Assembly: GCA_963719995.1 (NCBI GenBank) | Contig: CAVRDW010000001.1 | Coordinates: forward strand, 259,770 to 323,769 | DNA from: an uncultured beta proteobacterium | GTDB taxonomy: Bacteria; Pseudomonadota; Gammaproteobacteria; Burkholderiales; SG8-39 | Direction: 5' to 3' | DNA length: 64,000 bases | Shown here: in pieces, positions 22,513 to 30,884 of the stretch | How the letters are laid out: every line of letters begins with the position of its first letter | Position numbering within the stretch: position 1 is the first letter of the stretch | Translations under genes and position numbers: made by a program | The notes under the pieces: model-generated | The model's database searches: none | Told to the model about the DNA's origin: nothing | Seen by the model: the letters and a program-made list of their open reading frames with translations, nothing else

Positions 22513-22808
22513 GCACCATCCAGGACCGCATGAAATCGCTGAACAGCTGCGGCGATGCCGCCAGCCTGCGCTCCGCGGTCAGCGAGCTTTGCGCCGAGTT
22601 CGGCAAGGTCCTGACGTTGGACGTGCTGACCATGGCCGAGGCCGAGAAGCACTGGGCGCTGTGTTTCCTGCGGCTCGAGTCCGCGGCACAGGAGGCCCGG
22701 CTGATGAGTGCCTGCGGCGTGCCCCGCTTCGGCGATGATCTGCTGGTGGTCGTCGACCTGGTGCGTGCGCCGCCGCGCGCCGGCGCGATCAGCCCGCCAG
22801 GCCCCTGA
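22509..22808 (+). CDS. hypothetical 99-aa protein, translationally coupled to the kinase-like gene
   Basis: GTG 22509 overlaps the upstream TGA (GTGA); an alternative ATG is at 22530. High third-position GC. No family recognised. Confidence 0.5.
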   Translation: MSTIQDRMKSLNSCGDAASLRSAVSELCAEFGKVLTLDVLTMAEAEKHWALCFLRLESAAQEARLMSACGVPRFGDDLLVVVDLVRAPPRAGAISPPGP

Positions 22809-23193
22809 GGACCGCGTAGCACTCGCAGGAAGCCGCGTCCCGTCCGTTGCGGGTGCCGATGGCTGCTGCGCATCTTCCTCGAGAGTGGCGACGGTTCCAG
22901 GCTCGTGCCGCCCGCGGGCTGCGTCAGCTAGTGTCAGGAGTGCAAGCATTGGTCTTGCGCGAGCCCGGTCCGGCCCTTGAGCAGGGTGGTGCGGCGGTAC
23001 GGCAGAGCGGCTTGGCTCAACTCGTCGGCCCTTGATTCCAGTTGGAATTCTTCTCAAAGCCTGCGGCACGGGAGCGATGAGGCCTGCCGGGCGCTACCGA
23101 TTCCGTGCAATTGCGCACTGACAACTATGCCGTTTGCGGTAGGCCCGCCGCAGAAGATACTCGCGCCCCAATGCGAACCAGGGAGGGGCGCAA

Positions 23194-23712
23194 ATGGGCA
23201 AGGGCCTGCGTTGGATGCTTTGCGTGGTTGGTGTGGCGGCGGCGGGCGGCACGTCCGGCGAGCCGCTGGACATCCCGCTGCCCGACCGGCAGCGCAATTT
23301 CCACGTCCAACTCTACAGTTTCTCGCACCACCCCGACCGGGAGGGCGTGCGCCGCGCTGGCCTGGACAACGAGTCCAACTCGGGAGTCGGCCTCAATTAC
23401 GCCTTCCACACTGACGCGCGCGGCGTAGGATTCGTCGAGGCCGGGTATTACCGCGATTCCGGGGAAAAGCTGGCGCGGCTCGCGGGTGTCGGTTACCAAT
23501 ACAAGCTCGGCGACCACGTGCGGATCGGCGCCGCCCTGACGGGAATCCAGAGCGAGACCTACAACCGCGGCAGGTTCTTTGTCGCGCCGCTGCCGATCCT
23601 CACTGTCGACTTCGGCTCCATAAAACTGAACGCCATGTATGTTCCCAGCTATGGGGACTACAACAAGTACGCCGTGTACGGTTTCTATTTCAGCCTGCCG
23701 ATGGCGCAGTGA
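23194..23712 (+). CDS. PagP-like outer-membrane lipid A acyltransferase family protein
   Basis: Intact 172-aa ORF after GGGAGGGG. Aligns by eye along E. coli PagP, including the His (FSHH), the Asp-Ser pair (YRDSG vs KDSW) and the C-terminal PLPIL...NAMYVPSYG...YGFYFSLP strands. Confidence 0.6.
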   Translation: MGKGLRWMLCVVGVAAAGGTSGEPLDIPLPDRQRNFHVQLYSFSHHPDREGVRRAGLDNESNSGVGLNYAFHTDARGVGFVEAGYYRDSGEKLARLAGVGYQYKLGDHVRIGAALTGIQSETYNRGRFFVAPLPILTVDFGSIKLNAMYVPSYGDYNKYAVYGFYFSLPMAQ

Positions 23713-24439
23713 CGCTGCCCTGCCGGGGCCGCACGTCGGATAGCAGACGGCTGAATTCCTTGCCGACCACGCCATAGCATTCGCACACGCGCGCCTCGAG
23801 CCGGGTGCGCTCGAGCACCTCGATGTGCCCGCGGCGCGAGAGGATGGCTCCGGCTTGCTGCAACCGGCCGGCGACCTCCGTGATGCTTTCCCTGCGCACG
23901 CCGAGCATGCCGGCGACCTGTTCCTGCGTCATGACGAATTGGCCAGAGGGGATGCGATCGAGGGTCACCAGCAGCCAGCGGCACAGCTGCTGCTCGACCG
24001 AATGATGCCGGTTGCAGACCGCCGTCTGCGACATCTGCGCCATCAGCGCCTGGGTGTAGCGCAGCAGCAGGCGCTGCATCGGGCCGGCGCGATCGAATTC
24101 CGCCTTGAGCAGGCGGCGCTCCAGGCGCCAAGCCTCGCCGGCGGTCTGCACCACCGCCGAGCTCGGTGTCGTATCTCCGCCCATGTACAGGGATATGCCC
24201 ACCATGCCTTCATTGCCTACGCCCGCCACCGAGGCCGAGTCGCCGGACTCCATGACGTAGTGCAGCGACACGATGGCGGTGATGGGAAAGTAGGCATGCT
24301 GCAACTGGCTGCCGGGTTCGTAGATCATCTGCCCGAGGGGCATTGGCACGCGCTCCAGGTGCGGGGCAAGGCGCTCGAAGTCCTCCCTGGGCAACGCGGC
24401 GAGAAGGAGGTTCTGACCGGGGTCGTGGCGGGTGCGCAT
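23690..24439 (-). CDS. Crp/Fnr-family transcriptional regulator (paralogue 2)
   Basis: Intact 249-aa ORF. TAVCNRHHSVEQQLCRWLL, HTH MLGVRRESITEVAGRL, C-terminal VCECYGVV. Confidence 0.9.
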   Translation of the reverse strand: MRTRHDPGQNLLLAALPREDFERLAPHLERVPMPLGQMIYEPGSQLQHAYFPITAIVSLHYVMESGDSASVAGVGNEGMVGISLYMGGDTTPSSAVVQTAGEAWRLERRLLKAEFDRAGPMQRLLLRYTQALMAQMSQTAVCNRHHSVEQQLCRWLLVTLDRIPSGQFVMTQEQVAGMLGVRRESITEVAGRLQQAGAILSRRGHIEVLERTRLEARVCECYGVVGKEFSRLLSDVRPRQGSVTAPSAG

Positions 24440-24463
24440 CGGGGGCCGCTGCGGTCCGAGGTG

Positions 24464-25288
24464 CTACGCCCTTGGGGAGAGCGCCATGCCGATGCCGCGG
24501 TAACCGATGAACCGGCAGGCCCGGTCGAACATCGGCTCACCGCTCACCTGGAATCGCTGCACGGAGCCATCGGCAGTGACGCGGCTGAAGACGAAATCGA
24601 CGAATGGCATTCGCGATGCAATGATGTCCCGAAGCCTGTCGCGCTCCTTCTCGTTCCAGCCTTCCACCCGTTGGGGATTGGCGCCATCCCTCAGCGCGTC
24701 GACGCGAATACCGAGCATCTCCAGCACCGGGCCGGAGACCTTGGTGAATTTGCCGACTTCGTCCTGCTCCCAGTACCAGTCGGAGGCGAGCTCGGTCAGG
24801 CTGCGGTAGCGGGCTTCGCTTTCGCGCAGTTCGGCGGTGCGTTCCTTCACCGCCTGTTCCAGCTCCCGGTTGTAGTTTTCGAGCTTGCGGTGCAGCAGGC
24901 GTACTTCCAGCATGTTGCGGATGCGCGTCCTGACTTCGACCAGGTCGAACGGCTTGCTGACGAAATCCTTGGCGCCGGCCTGCAAGGCGCGCAGCTTGTG
25001 GCCGGGCTGGGCGGTGATCACGAGCACCGGCAGGTAGCTGTCCGCGTCGTTCGTTTTCAGGCTCTCGATCACCTGGAACCCGTCCATGCCGGGCATCTGC
25101 AGATCGAGCAGGATCAGGTCGTACCGGTTCTTGCGGTGCAGTGCACAGACCTCGTGCGGATCCATGGTCGAGGCGACGCGGGTATAGCCGGCCTCGCGCA
25201 GCATCTGCTCGAGCAGGTCCACGTTGACCGCCTGATCGTCGACGATCAGGATGCTGGCCTTGAGAATTTCCGCTTCCGAAAGCGTCAT
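24464..25288 (-). CDS. response regulator, REC domain + coiled coil + PAS domain, no DNA-binding or enzymatic output
   Basis: MTLSEAEILKASILIVDDQ...DLILLDLQMPGMDG...KPF receiver, then a PAS-like C-terminus (WYWEQDEVGKFTKVSG...). ATG 25288 overlaps the stop of the upstream kinase. Confidence 0.85.
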   Translation of the reverse strand: MTLSEAEILKASILIVDDQAVNVDLLEQMLREAGYTRVASTMDPHEVCALHRKNRYDLILLDLQMPGMDGFQVIESLKTNDADSYLPVLVITAQPGHKLRALQAGAKDFVSKPFDLVEVRTRIRNMLEVRLLHRKLENYNRELEQAVKERTAELRESEARYRSLTELASDWYWEQDEVGKFTKVSGPVLEMLGIRVDALRDGANPQRVEGWNEKERDRLRDIIASRMPFVDFVFSRVTADGSVQRFQVSGEPMFDRACRFIGYRGIGMALSPRA

Positions 25289-26925
25289 GCGTGTTTCCTC
25301 ATGGGTGCGCCGCCGGCGGCCGAGCCGGCATGCTCCAGTCCCATGTCCAGCGCATCCATGAACTGGTCGACCTTTATGGGTTTTGTGAGATAGCGGAAGA
25401 ACCCGGCCTGCAGCCCTTTCTCGATGTCGCGGGGCAGGGCGATCGCGCTGAGCGCGATGATGGGAATGCGCGACGTGGCCGGGTCGGCGCGCAGCACTTT
25501 CATGGCTTCGAGCCCGCTGATGCCCGGCAGGTTGATGTCCATCAGGATCAGGTCCGGCAAGTGGGCGCGCGCGAACTCGATGCCGAGGTTGCCGTCCGCC
25601 GCGCTCAGCAGGCGCAGGTCGGGGCGTCGCGCGATGAGCTGCTCGACCAGCTCCAGGTTGGCGGGATTGTCCTCGACGTAGAGCAGCGTGCGCGGCGGCC
25701 TTACCGCCGGCGCCCGCGGTCCCGCCGGCGTCGTGCGGACGGCCTGCGGCACCTCGATCGGCGTCGCGCGCGTCTGGGCCAGTTCGATCCAGAACACGCT
25801 TCCCTTGCCGAGCGCGCTTTCGACGCCGATGGTGCCTCCCATCAGCTCGGTGAGGCGCTTGGTGACCATCAGGCCGATGCCTGAGCCTTCCTCCGCACCA
25901 TATTCCTTGCCGAGGCGATTGAACGGCTGGAAAAGCTGCGCCAGCTGCGCCGGCGTCAACCCCGCTCCTGTGTCGCGCACGCTGATGCGCACCGAAGCCG
26001 GGGCGCGCGCCGCGCACTCCATCGTCACCTTGCCCCCCGAGCGGTTGTACTTGACGGCGTTGGACAGCAGATTGATCAGGATCTGCTTCAGGCGGGTGCG
26101 GTCGGCAGTGAGGAACAAGGGGGCCGCGAGCTGCGGATACGTCATGCGGATGCCGCGCTTCTGCGCCTGCGGTTCGATCATGGTGCGGCACTCCTGCATC
26201 ACCTCGAGCAGCGGCACCGGTTCCAGCGACAGCGTGATCTTCCCCGACTCGATCAGCGCGAGATCGAGGACTTCGTTGATCAGGTCCAGCAGGTACCAGC
26301 CCGCCTTGAGGATCTGCTCGAGATTGCGCTTTTGCGTGGGCGTCGGGGGCGGCGTGCCCGAGTCCATGAGCTGGGCGAACCCGAGGATCGCATTGAGCGG
26401 CGTGCGCAGTTCATGGCTCATGCTGGAGAGGAAGTCCGTCTTGGCGCGATTGGCCGTCTCCGCGGCGGCCATGGCCTCCTTCAGTTCCGATTCGACGCGT
26501 TTGCGCACCGAATTGTCGGTGCCGATCAGCAGATAGCCGATGATGCCGCCGTTGTCGCCGCGCAACGCGGTGATCGACACCACGGCCGGGAAGCGGCTGC
26601 CATCCTTGCGGATATAGGTCAGCTCGTAGCTGTCGTCGATCTCGCGCGACGCTTTGAACGCCAGTGCCTCGAAACCCGGCGCAATGGGGGTGGCGAGTTC
26701 CACGCTCAGCGCCTGCGCGCGCGCCTTCACTTCCTCCGGATCGTGGATGTCGCTCGGGCTGATGCGGTTGACGACCTCGGCCGCCCGGTAGCCCAGCATG
26801 CGCTCGGCGCCGACGTTGAACAGCTGGATGATGCCTTTCTCGTCCGTGGCGATGATGGAGAAGCGGGCGCTGCTGAGGATCGCTTTGCGCAGCGCGCTCG
26901 CCTTGGGCAATGCCGCTTTGGCCAT
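25285..26925 (-). CDS. hybrid sensor histidine kinase (PAS-HisKA-HATPase_c-REC), cytoplasmic
   Basis: Intact 546-aa ORF. H-box SHELRTPLNAILGF, N/G boxes, and a C-terminal receiver (LLYVEDNPANL...LILMDINLPGISG...KP). No TM segment. Confidence 0.9.
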   Translation of the reverse strand: MAKAALPKASALRKAILSSARFSIIATDEKGIIQLFNVGAERMLGYRAAEVVNRISPSDIHDPEEVKARAQALSVELATPIAPGFEALAFKASREIDDSYELTYIRKDGSRFPAVVSITALRGDNGGIIGYLLIGTDNSVRKRVESELKEAMAAAETANRAKTDFLSSMSHELRTPLNAILGFAQLMDSGTPPPTPTQKRNLEQILKAGWYLLDLINEVLDLALIESGKITLSLEPVPLLEVMQECRTMIEPQAQKRGIRMTYPQLAAPLFLTADRTRLKQILINLLSNAVKYNRSGGKVTMECAARAPASVRISVRDTGAGLTPAQLAQLFQPFNRLGKEYGAEEGSGIGLMVTKRLTELMGGTIGVESALGKGSVFWIELAQTRATPIEVPQAVRTTPAGPRAPAVRPPRTLLYVEDNPANLELVEQLIARRPDLRLLSAADGNLGIEFARAHLPDLILMDINLPGISGLEAMKVLRADPATSRIPIIALSAIALPRDIEKGLQAGFFRYLTKPIKVDQFMDALDMGLEHAGSAAGGAPMRKHA

Positions 26926-27049
26926 GGTTGCTCTCAGCGCACCGGCCGCTTGCTCTCGACGAGCGGCAGCAGGTTGGCCAACACGATCAGCCGCATCAGC
27001 GCTCCCATCACCAGGATCGCCAGCGATTCGAGCAGCGCGAGGAACACCG

Positions 27050-27793
27050 CTAGGCGACGCTGGATGGCCTTGCTTCCACGAAGCTCGGCGCAGGGATCTT
27101 CGAGTACGCCACCCCGTCGTGCATGTCGCGCACGACGGTATAGCAGTCGCAACAGGCGGCTTCGAGTCCGGCGTGATCCAGGATCCTGATGCTGCCGCGG
27201 CTGTACTCGATGAGGTGGCGGCGCTGCAGATCGCTTGCCGCTTCGGTGACGCCGACCCGGCGCACGCCCAGCATGTGCGACAGGAATTCGTGCGTCATGC
27301 GGAATTCTCCCGAGCGCACGCGGTCGCGGGTCATCAGCAGCCAGCGGGCAAGCCGTGCCTCTACGACGTGGAAGCGATTGCAGGCCGCGGTCTGCGAGAT
27401 CTGCGCCATCAGCGTGTGGACATAGAGGTTCAACTCGGTCTGCAGAGCGGGGATGGCGTGCAGTTCGGTGCGGAAGCGGTCCGCGCTCATTTTCAGGGCG
27501 TACCCGGCACCCTGAACCAGTGCGCGCACCGACGAAACGCCGATGCCCAACGCCAACGGAACCCCGACCATGCCTTCGCGGCCCACCATGCCGACTTCAA
27601 GCGCGAGATGGCCGTCCACCGGGGTCAGCAGGGATACCAGGGACTCGGTGGGGAAGAAGACGTCGCGGATGGTGTCGCCGGGATGGTAGAGGGTATCGCC
27701 GAAGGTCAGCGTCACGGGGGCGAGGCCGGAAACCATCCGCTGATAGGACTTGCGCGGCAAGGCCGCCAACAGGCTGTTGAGTATTGCCGCCAT
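27050..27793 (-). CDS. Crp/Fnr-family transcriptional regulator (paralogue 3)
   Basis: ORF 27050-27844; the likely start is MAAILNSLLAALP at 27793. TAACNRFHVVEARLARWLL, HTH, C-terminal CCDCYTVV. Confidence 0.85.
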   Translation of the reverse strand: MAAILNSLLAALPRKSYQRMVSGLAPVTLTFGDTLYHPGDTIRDVFFPTESLVSLLTPVDGHLALEVGMVGREGMVGVPLALGIGVSSVRALVQGAGYALKMSADRFRTELHAIPALQTELNLYVHTLMAQISQTAACNRFHVVEARLARWLLMTRDRVRSGEFRMTHEFLSHMLGVRRVGVTEAASDLQRRHLIEYSRGSIRILDHAGLEAACCDCYTVVRDMHDGVAYSKIPAPSFVEARPSSVA

Positions 27794-27928
27794 CGAACAC
27801 GCATACTCTGCGCAGCCGCGCGAACTGTATGTGCGCTTGCCCACCTAGGGAAGCTCTGAACAGGTTCCGCGTGCGCGACTGGTTCAGGGCTTCCGTAGGG
27901 CGCGCGACGCCGAAGCGTCGGCGCAGAC

Positions 27929-28684
27929 CTATCTCGCGGCGGCTATGGGAGCCGCGTACGCAGCGGGCATCAGCCGGTCGTACTCCCGCTTGACCACAGC
28001 GTAGCACTCGCACACACGCGCTTCGAGCCGCTTGCGGTCTGTGACGTGGATGTGTCCGCGCCGATACTCGATCAACCCGTCAGCCTGCAGCCTGCTGGCG
28101 GCCTCGGTGACGCCCTCGCGGCGCACGCCGAGCATGTTGGCGATCAATTCCTGGGTCATCATCAGATTGTCGCCTTTCAGCCGGTCGAGGCTCAGCAGCA
28201 GCCAGCGGCACAGCTGCTGATCGATCGAATGGTGGCGGTTACAGACCGCGGTCTGCGTCATCTGCGTAATCAGCGCCTGCGTATAGCGCAGCAGCAGGTG
28301 CTGCAGCTCGGGGTTGGCGTCGAACTCCGCTTTAAGCACCGAAGCCCGGACCCGGTAGCCATGGCCGGCACTTTGCACGACGGCGCGGCTCGGCGTGGTT
28401 TCGCCGCCCATGAAAAGGGCGATGCCCACCAGGCCCTCGAAGCCGGTGACGGCGATCTCGGCCGAGGCGCCATCCGCCAGAACGTACAGAAGTGACACGA
28501 TGCTGTCGGTCGGGAAGTAGACATAACCCTGCTTGCCGCCGGACTCATACAGCACCATGCCCAGAGGCAGGGGAACATCCTCCAGCGAAGGCACAAGCTT
28601 GCGGTAGGTTGCGTCGGACAGGGACGCCAGAAGGAGATTCTGCTTCGGGCTGGGTGGGGCGGTGGCTGGTACCGCTTTGCGCAT
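27929..28684 (-). CDS. Crp/Fnr-family transcriptional regulator (paralogue 4)
   Basis: Intact 251-aa ORF. TAVCNRHHSIDQQLCRWLL, HTH MLGVRREGVTEAASRL, C-terminal VCECYAVV. Confidence 0.9.
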   Translation of the reverse strand: MRKAVPATAPPSPKQNLLLASLSDATYRKLVPSLEDVPLPLGMVLYESGGKQGYVYFPTDSIVSLLYVLADGASAEIAVTGFEGLVGIALFMGGETTPSRAVVQSAGHGYRVRASVLKAEFDANPELQHLLLRYTQALITQMTQTAVCNRHHSIDQQLCRWLLLSLDRLKGDNLMMTQELIANMLGVRREGVTEAASRLQADGLIEYRRGHIHVTDRKRLEARVCECYAVVKREYDRLMPAAYAAPIAAAR

Positions 28685-28899
28685 GTCGGAAATGATACGC
28701 GCTTAGTGCGCTAACGGACATAGATTTCTCTGATCCCTGCGTGCGCTTGCGGACAGACCAGGTAGCGCAGCGGGCGCCACGCGACCCGGGCTATGTGCGT
28801 CAGCTAGCGGAAGGCGCTCGGCGAAACGCCCACAATGCACCGGTGATCACTCAGGACTTTCCTTCTGGGCCACAGCAGAGCTGTCATCGAAGGAACACA

Positions 28900-29604
28900 A
28901 TGCAAAACACGTTCACATTCAGCAAGCCGCACGCCGCACTGGCCATCGCCTGCACCTTGGCTTTCGGCCTGTTCTCCCCAGCCGCAAACGCGCAGGCCAT
29001 GAACCCCGATGAGAAGGCGCTGGTCGTCGATTCCCAGAGCCGGCCGGTGAAGAGCGGCGACGGCAGTTGCGTGCACAGCGGTTTCGGTCCGGCGCCGGCG
29101 TGGAATGCCGCCTGCCATGACCCGCTCCCGGTACCGGTCGCACAAGCCGTCACACCCGCGCCGGCACCGGATCCGGTGCCCGTGGCTGCAGTGCCCATCG
29201 TAGTACTGGTTCCGGCGACCGAGAACGTCAAGTTCGACGCCGACGTCATGTTCGACTCCGGCAAGGCGGAGCTGCGACCGGCAAGCCGCGAGGCGCTCGA
29301 CGCCTTCATCGGCAAGCTCGAGGGGCTGGAGTCCCAGTCCGTGATCGCGGTCGGGTATGCCGATCGCATGGGGCCCGAAGGCGCCAACCAGGCGCTGTCC
29401 GAGGCGCGCGTGAGCACGGTCAAGTCCTATCTCGTCACCAAGGGTATGGCGGCCGACCGCATTCAGACCAACGCCGTCGGCGAGACGCAGCCCAGCACGG
29501 CAACGGCGGACTGCAAGGAGGCCAAGAGCAAGACCAACATCGCCTGCCTGCAGGCTGATCGTCACGTGATGATCGAAGTGTCCGGTTCCAGGATCGCCAA
29601 GTAG
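28900..29604 (+). CDS. OmpA-C-like domain protein, secreted
   Basis: ATG 28900 after GAAGGAA. Signal peptide ...LFSPAANA. Pro-rich linker and an OmpA-like peptidoglycan-binding domain (FDSGKAELRPASREALD...GYADRMGPEGANQALSEARV). Confidence 0.85.
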   Translation: MQNTFTFSKPHAALAIACTLAFGLFSPAANAQAMNPDEKALVVDSQSRPVKSGDGSCVHSGFGPAPAWNAACHDPLPVPVAQAVTPAPAPDPVPVAAVPIVVLVPATENVKFDADVMFDSGKAELRPASREALDAFIGKLEGLESQSVIAVGYADRMGPEGANQALSEARVSTVKSYLVTKGMAADRIQTNAVGETQPSTATADCKEAKSKTNIACLQADRHVMIEVSGSRIAK

Positions 29605-29630
29605 GCGATCGCGACAGGAAATGGAGGCAG

Positions 29631-29662
29631 GGGGCCCCGCGCGAGCGGGGCCCTCTTTCGTT
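29631..29662 (+). terminator. rho-independent terminator after the OmpA-like gene
   Basis: GGGGCCCCGC-GCGA-GCGGGGCCC stem-loop followed by TCTTTCGTTCT. Confidence 0.7.
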
Positions 29663-29761
29663 CTCGGCCGGGCCTGCGTCCTCGGGCGCACGGTCTGCGC
29701 TTGCGCTGTTGCGCAAGCTCTGCGAGCGACGCCGACATCAACTGAAGAGGAGCTTCGAATC

Positions 29762-30202
29762 ATGGGCAAGTACGTTCTTGCCCAGACCGAACAGGTGCGT
29801 CCCATCGGCGTAGCCGCCCGCGGCGTGGACGTGAAGCTGATGCTGCCCGGCAAGTCCGATTCGGGCCTCGCCTTCCACGCCGGGCGCTCGCACTATGCGG
29901 CGCTGCTGCGCGCGGGCGTAAAGATCTACGAGCTGCGCGACGCGATGCTGCATGCCAAGACCGCGACCATCGACGGCGTGTGGTCCTGCGTCGGTTCGAC
30001 CAATCTGGACTGGCGCAGCTTCCTGCACAACGACGAGATCGACGCCGCCATCCTGGGGCGGGATTTCGCCGGCCAGATGGAGGCCGCGTTCGCCGCCGAT
30101 CTCGCGGAAGCGGAGGCCATGGACCTGGAGCGCTGGGAGGGGCGCTCCATTGCGCTCAGGCTGCAGGAGTGGGCGTCGCGGCTGTGGGAGTACTGGCTCT
30201 AA
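29762..30202 (+). pseudogene. 5'-truncated cardiolipin-synthase/PLD-like gene retaining only the second HKD domain
   Basis: The 146-aa ORF begins at the ...AARGVDVKLMLPGKSD segment that follows the first half of Cls-type enzymes. Single HKD (LHAKTATIDGVWSCVGSTNLDWRS) and a Cls-like tail. Nothing Cls-like lies upstream, where the OmpA terminator sits. Confidence 0.6.
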
Positions 30203-30269
30203 GCTGGAAACGCCGCGCTCGGTACGTTGACGCACCGATTGCGTCCCGCCCAGCGGGGCACACTGCACG

Positions 30270-30653
30270 ATGCGCCTGCGATCGCTGCCGGTCCTGATCG
30301 CCCTTTCCCTGGTGGTGCTTCCCGCTGCAGCCGGGATGGTGCTCTACAGGGCTTGGGCATCCGGCACCAATGGCATTACGGAGCAGCGGCTGGCGCCCAT
30401 CCCTTCCAAAGTCAGCCCGGCGTGGCGCTGCCCGCACTGCGGGCGCATCGAGTCCAAGCGCAAGCTCGGCCCCGACGCGGCTGATCCTCTCGCCCCGCCA
30501 AGTTACGAATACGCCGTGAGCATGGCAAACGGTTCGAGCAGAGTGTTCCGCGACCCATCGCCTTCGCGCTGGCGCTTGGGGGAGCGCCTGATCTACATCG
30601 ACGGCGGGCAATTCGCGCCGACACCAGCCGTCGCTGGGGACGCCGAATACTGA
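30270..30653 (+). CDS. hypothetical membrane-anchored protein with CxxCG motif
   Basis: Intact 127-aa ORF, N-terminal anchor LPVLIALSLVVLPAAAG. The pattern CPHCGRIES ... YEYAVSMANGSSRVF ... W.LGERL resembles small envelope proteins I recall from Burkholderiales. No obvious SD. Confidence 0.45.
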   Translation: MRLRSLPVLIALSLVVLPAAAGMVLYRAWASGTNGITEQRLAPIPSKVSPAWRCPHCGRIESKRKLGPDAADPLAPPSYEYAVSMANGSSRVFRDPSPSRWRLGERLIYIDGGQFAPTPAVAGDAEY

Positions 30654-30664
30654 GCCGGCAGCAG

Positions 30665-30698
30665 AAAAAAGCCCGGGACGGGGTTGCCGTCGCCGGGC
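30665..30698 (-). terminator. rho-independent terminator (minus strand), candidate 3' end of the rne transcript
   Basis: On the minus strand: GCCCGGCGACGG-CAACC-CCGTCCCGGGC followed by TTTTTT. It lies about 190 nt past the rne stop. Confidence 0.5.
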
Positions 30699-30884
30699 CG
30701 GTTACTGCAGGTATCCGACTTTTGGGGGAAGAGGGGAGGGCCGAATACCCGCCAGCATCATCCTGCCCGCAGGACGGAACCTCTGTGCGTTGTCGAACCA
30801 ATGCACATAGTCCGCTCGGCATTGGCGCCAGGCGAATAGCGCCGGCGCGCCGTCGAGCAATGCGCGCCGGAGGCAACCCCCGAG

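Noticed and set aside
26934-27047. Possible 37-aa hydrophobic ORF (VFLALLESLAILVMGALMRLIVLANLLPLVESKRPVR) between Crp paralogue 3 and the hybrid kinase
   Set aside because: The GTG start is 2 nt after the Crp stop with no SD. No family is recognised, and I cannot distinguish it from chance in GC-rich DNA.
30841-30873. Hairpin CCGGCGCG...CGCGCCGG just past the rne stop as the rne terminator
   Set aside because: No U-tract follows on the minus strand. The hairpin with a T6 run at 30665-30698 is the better candidate.
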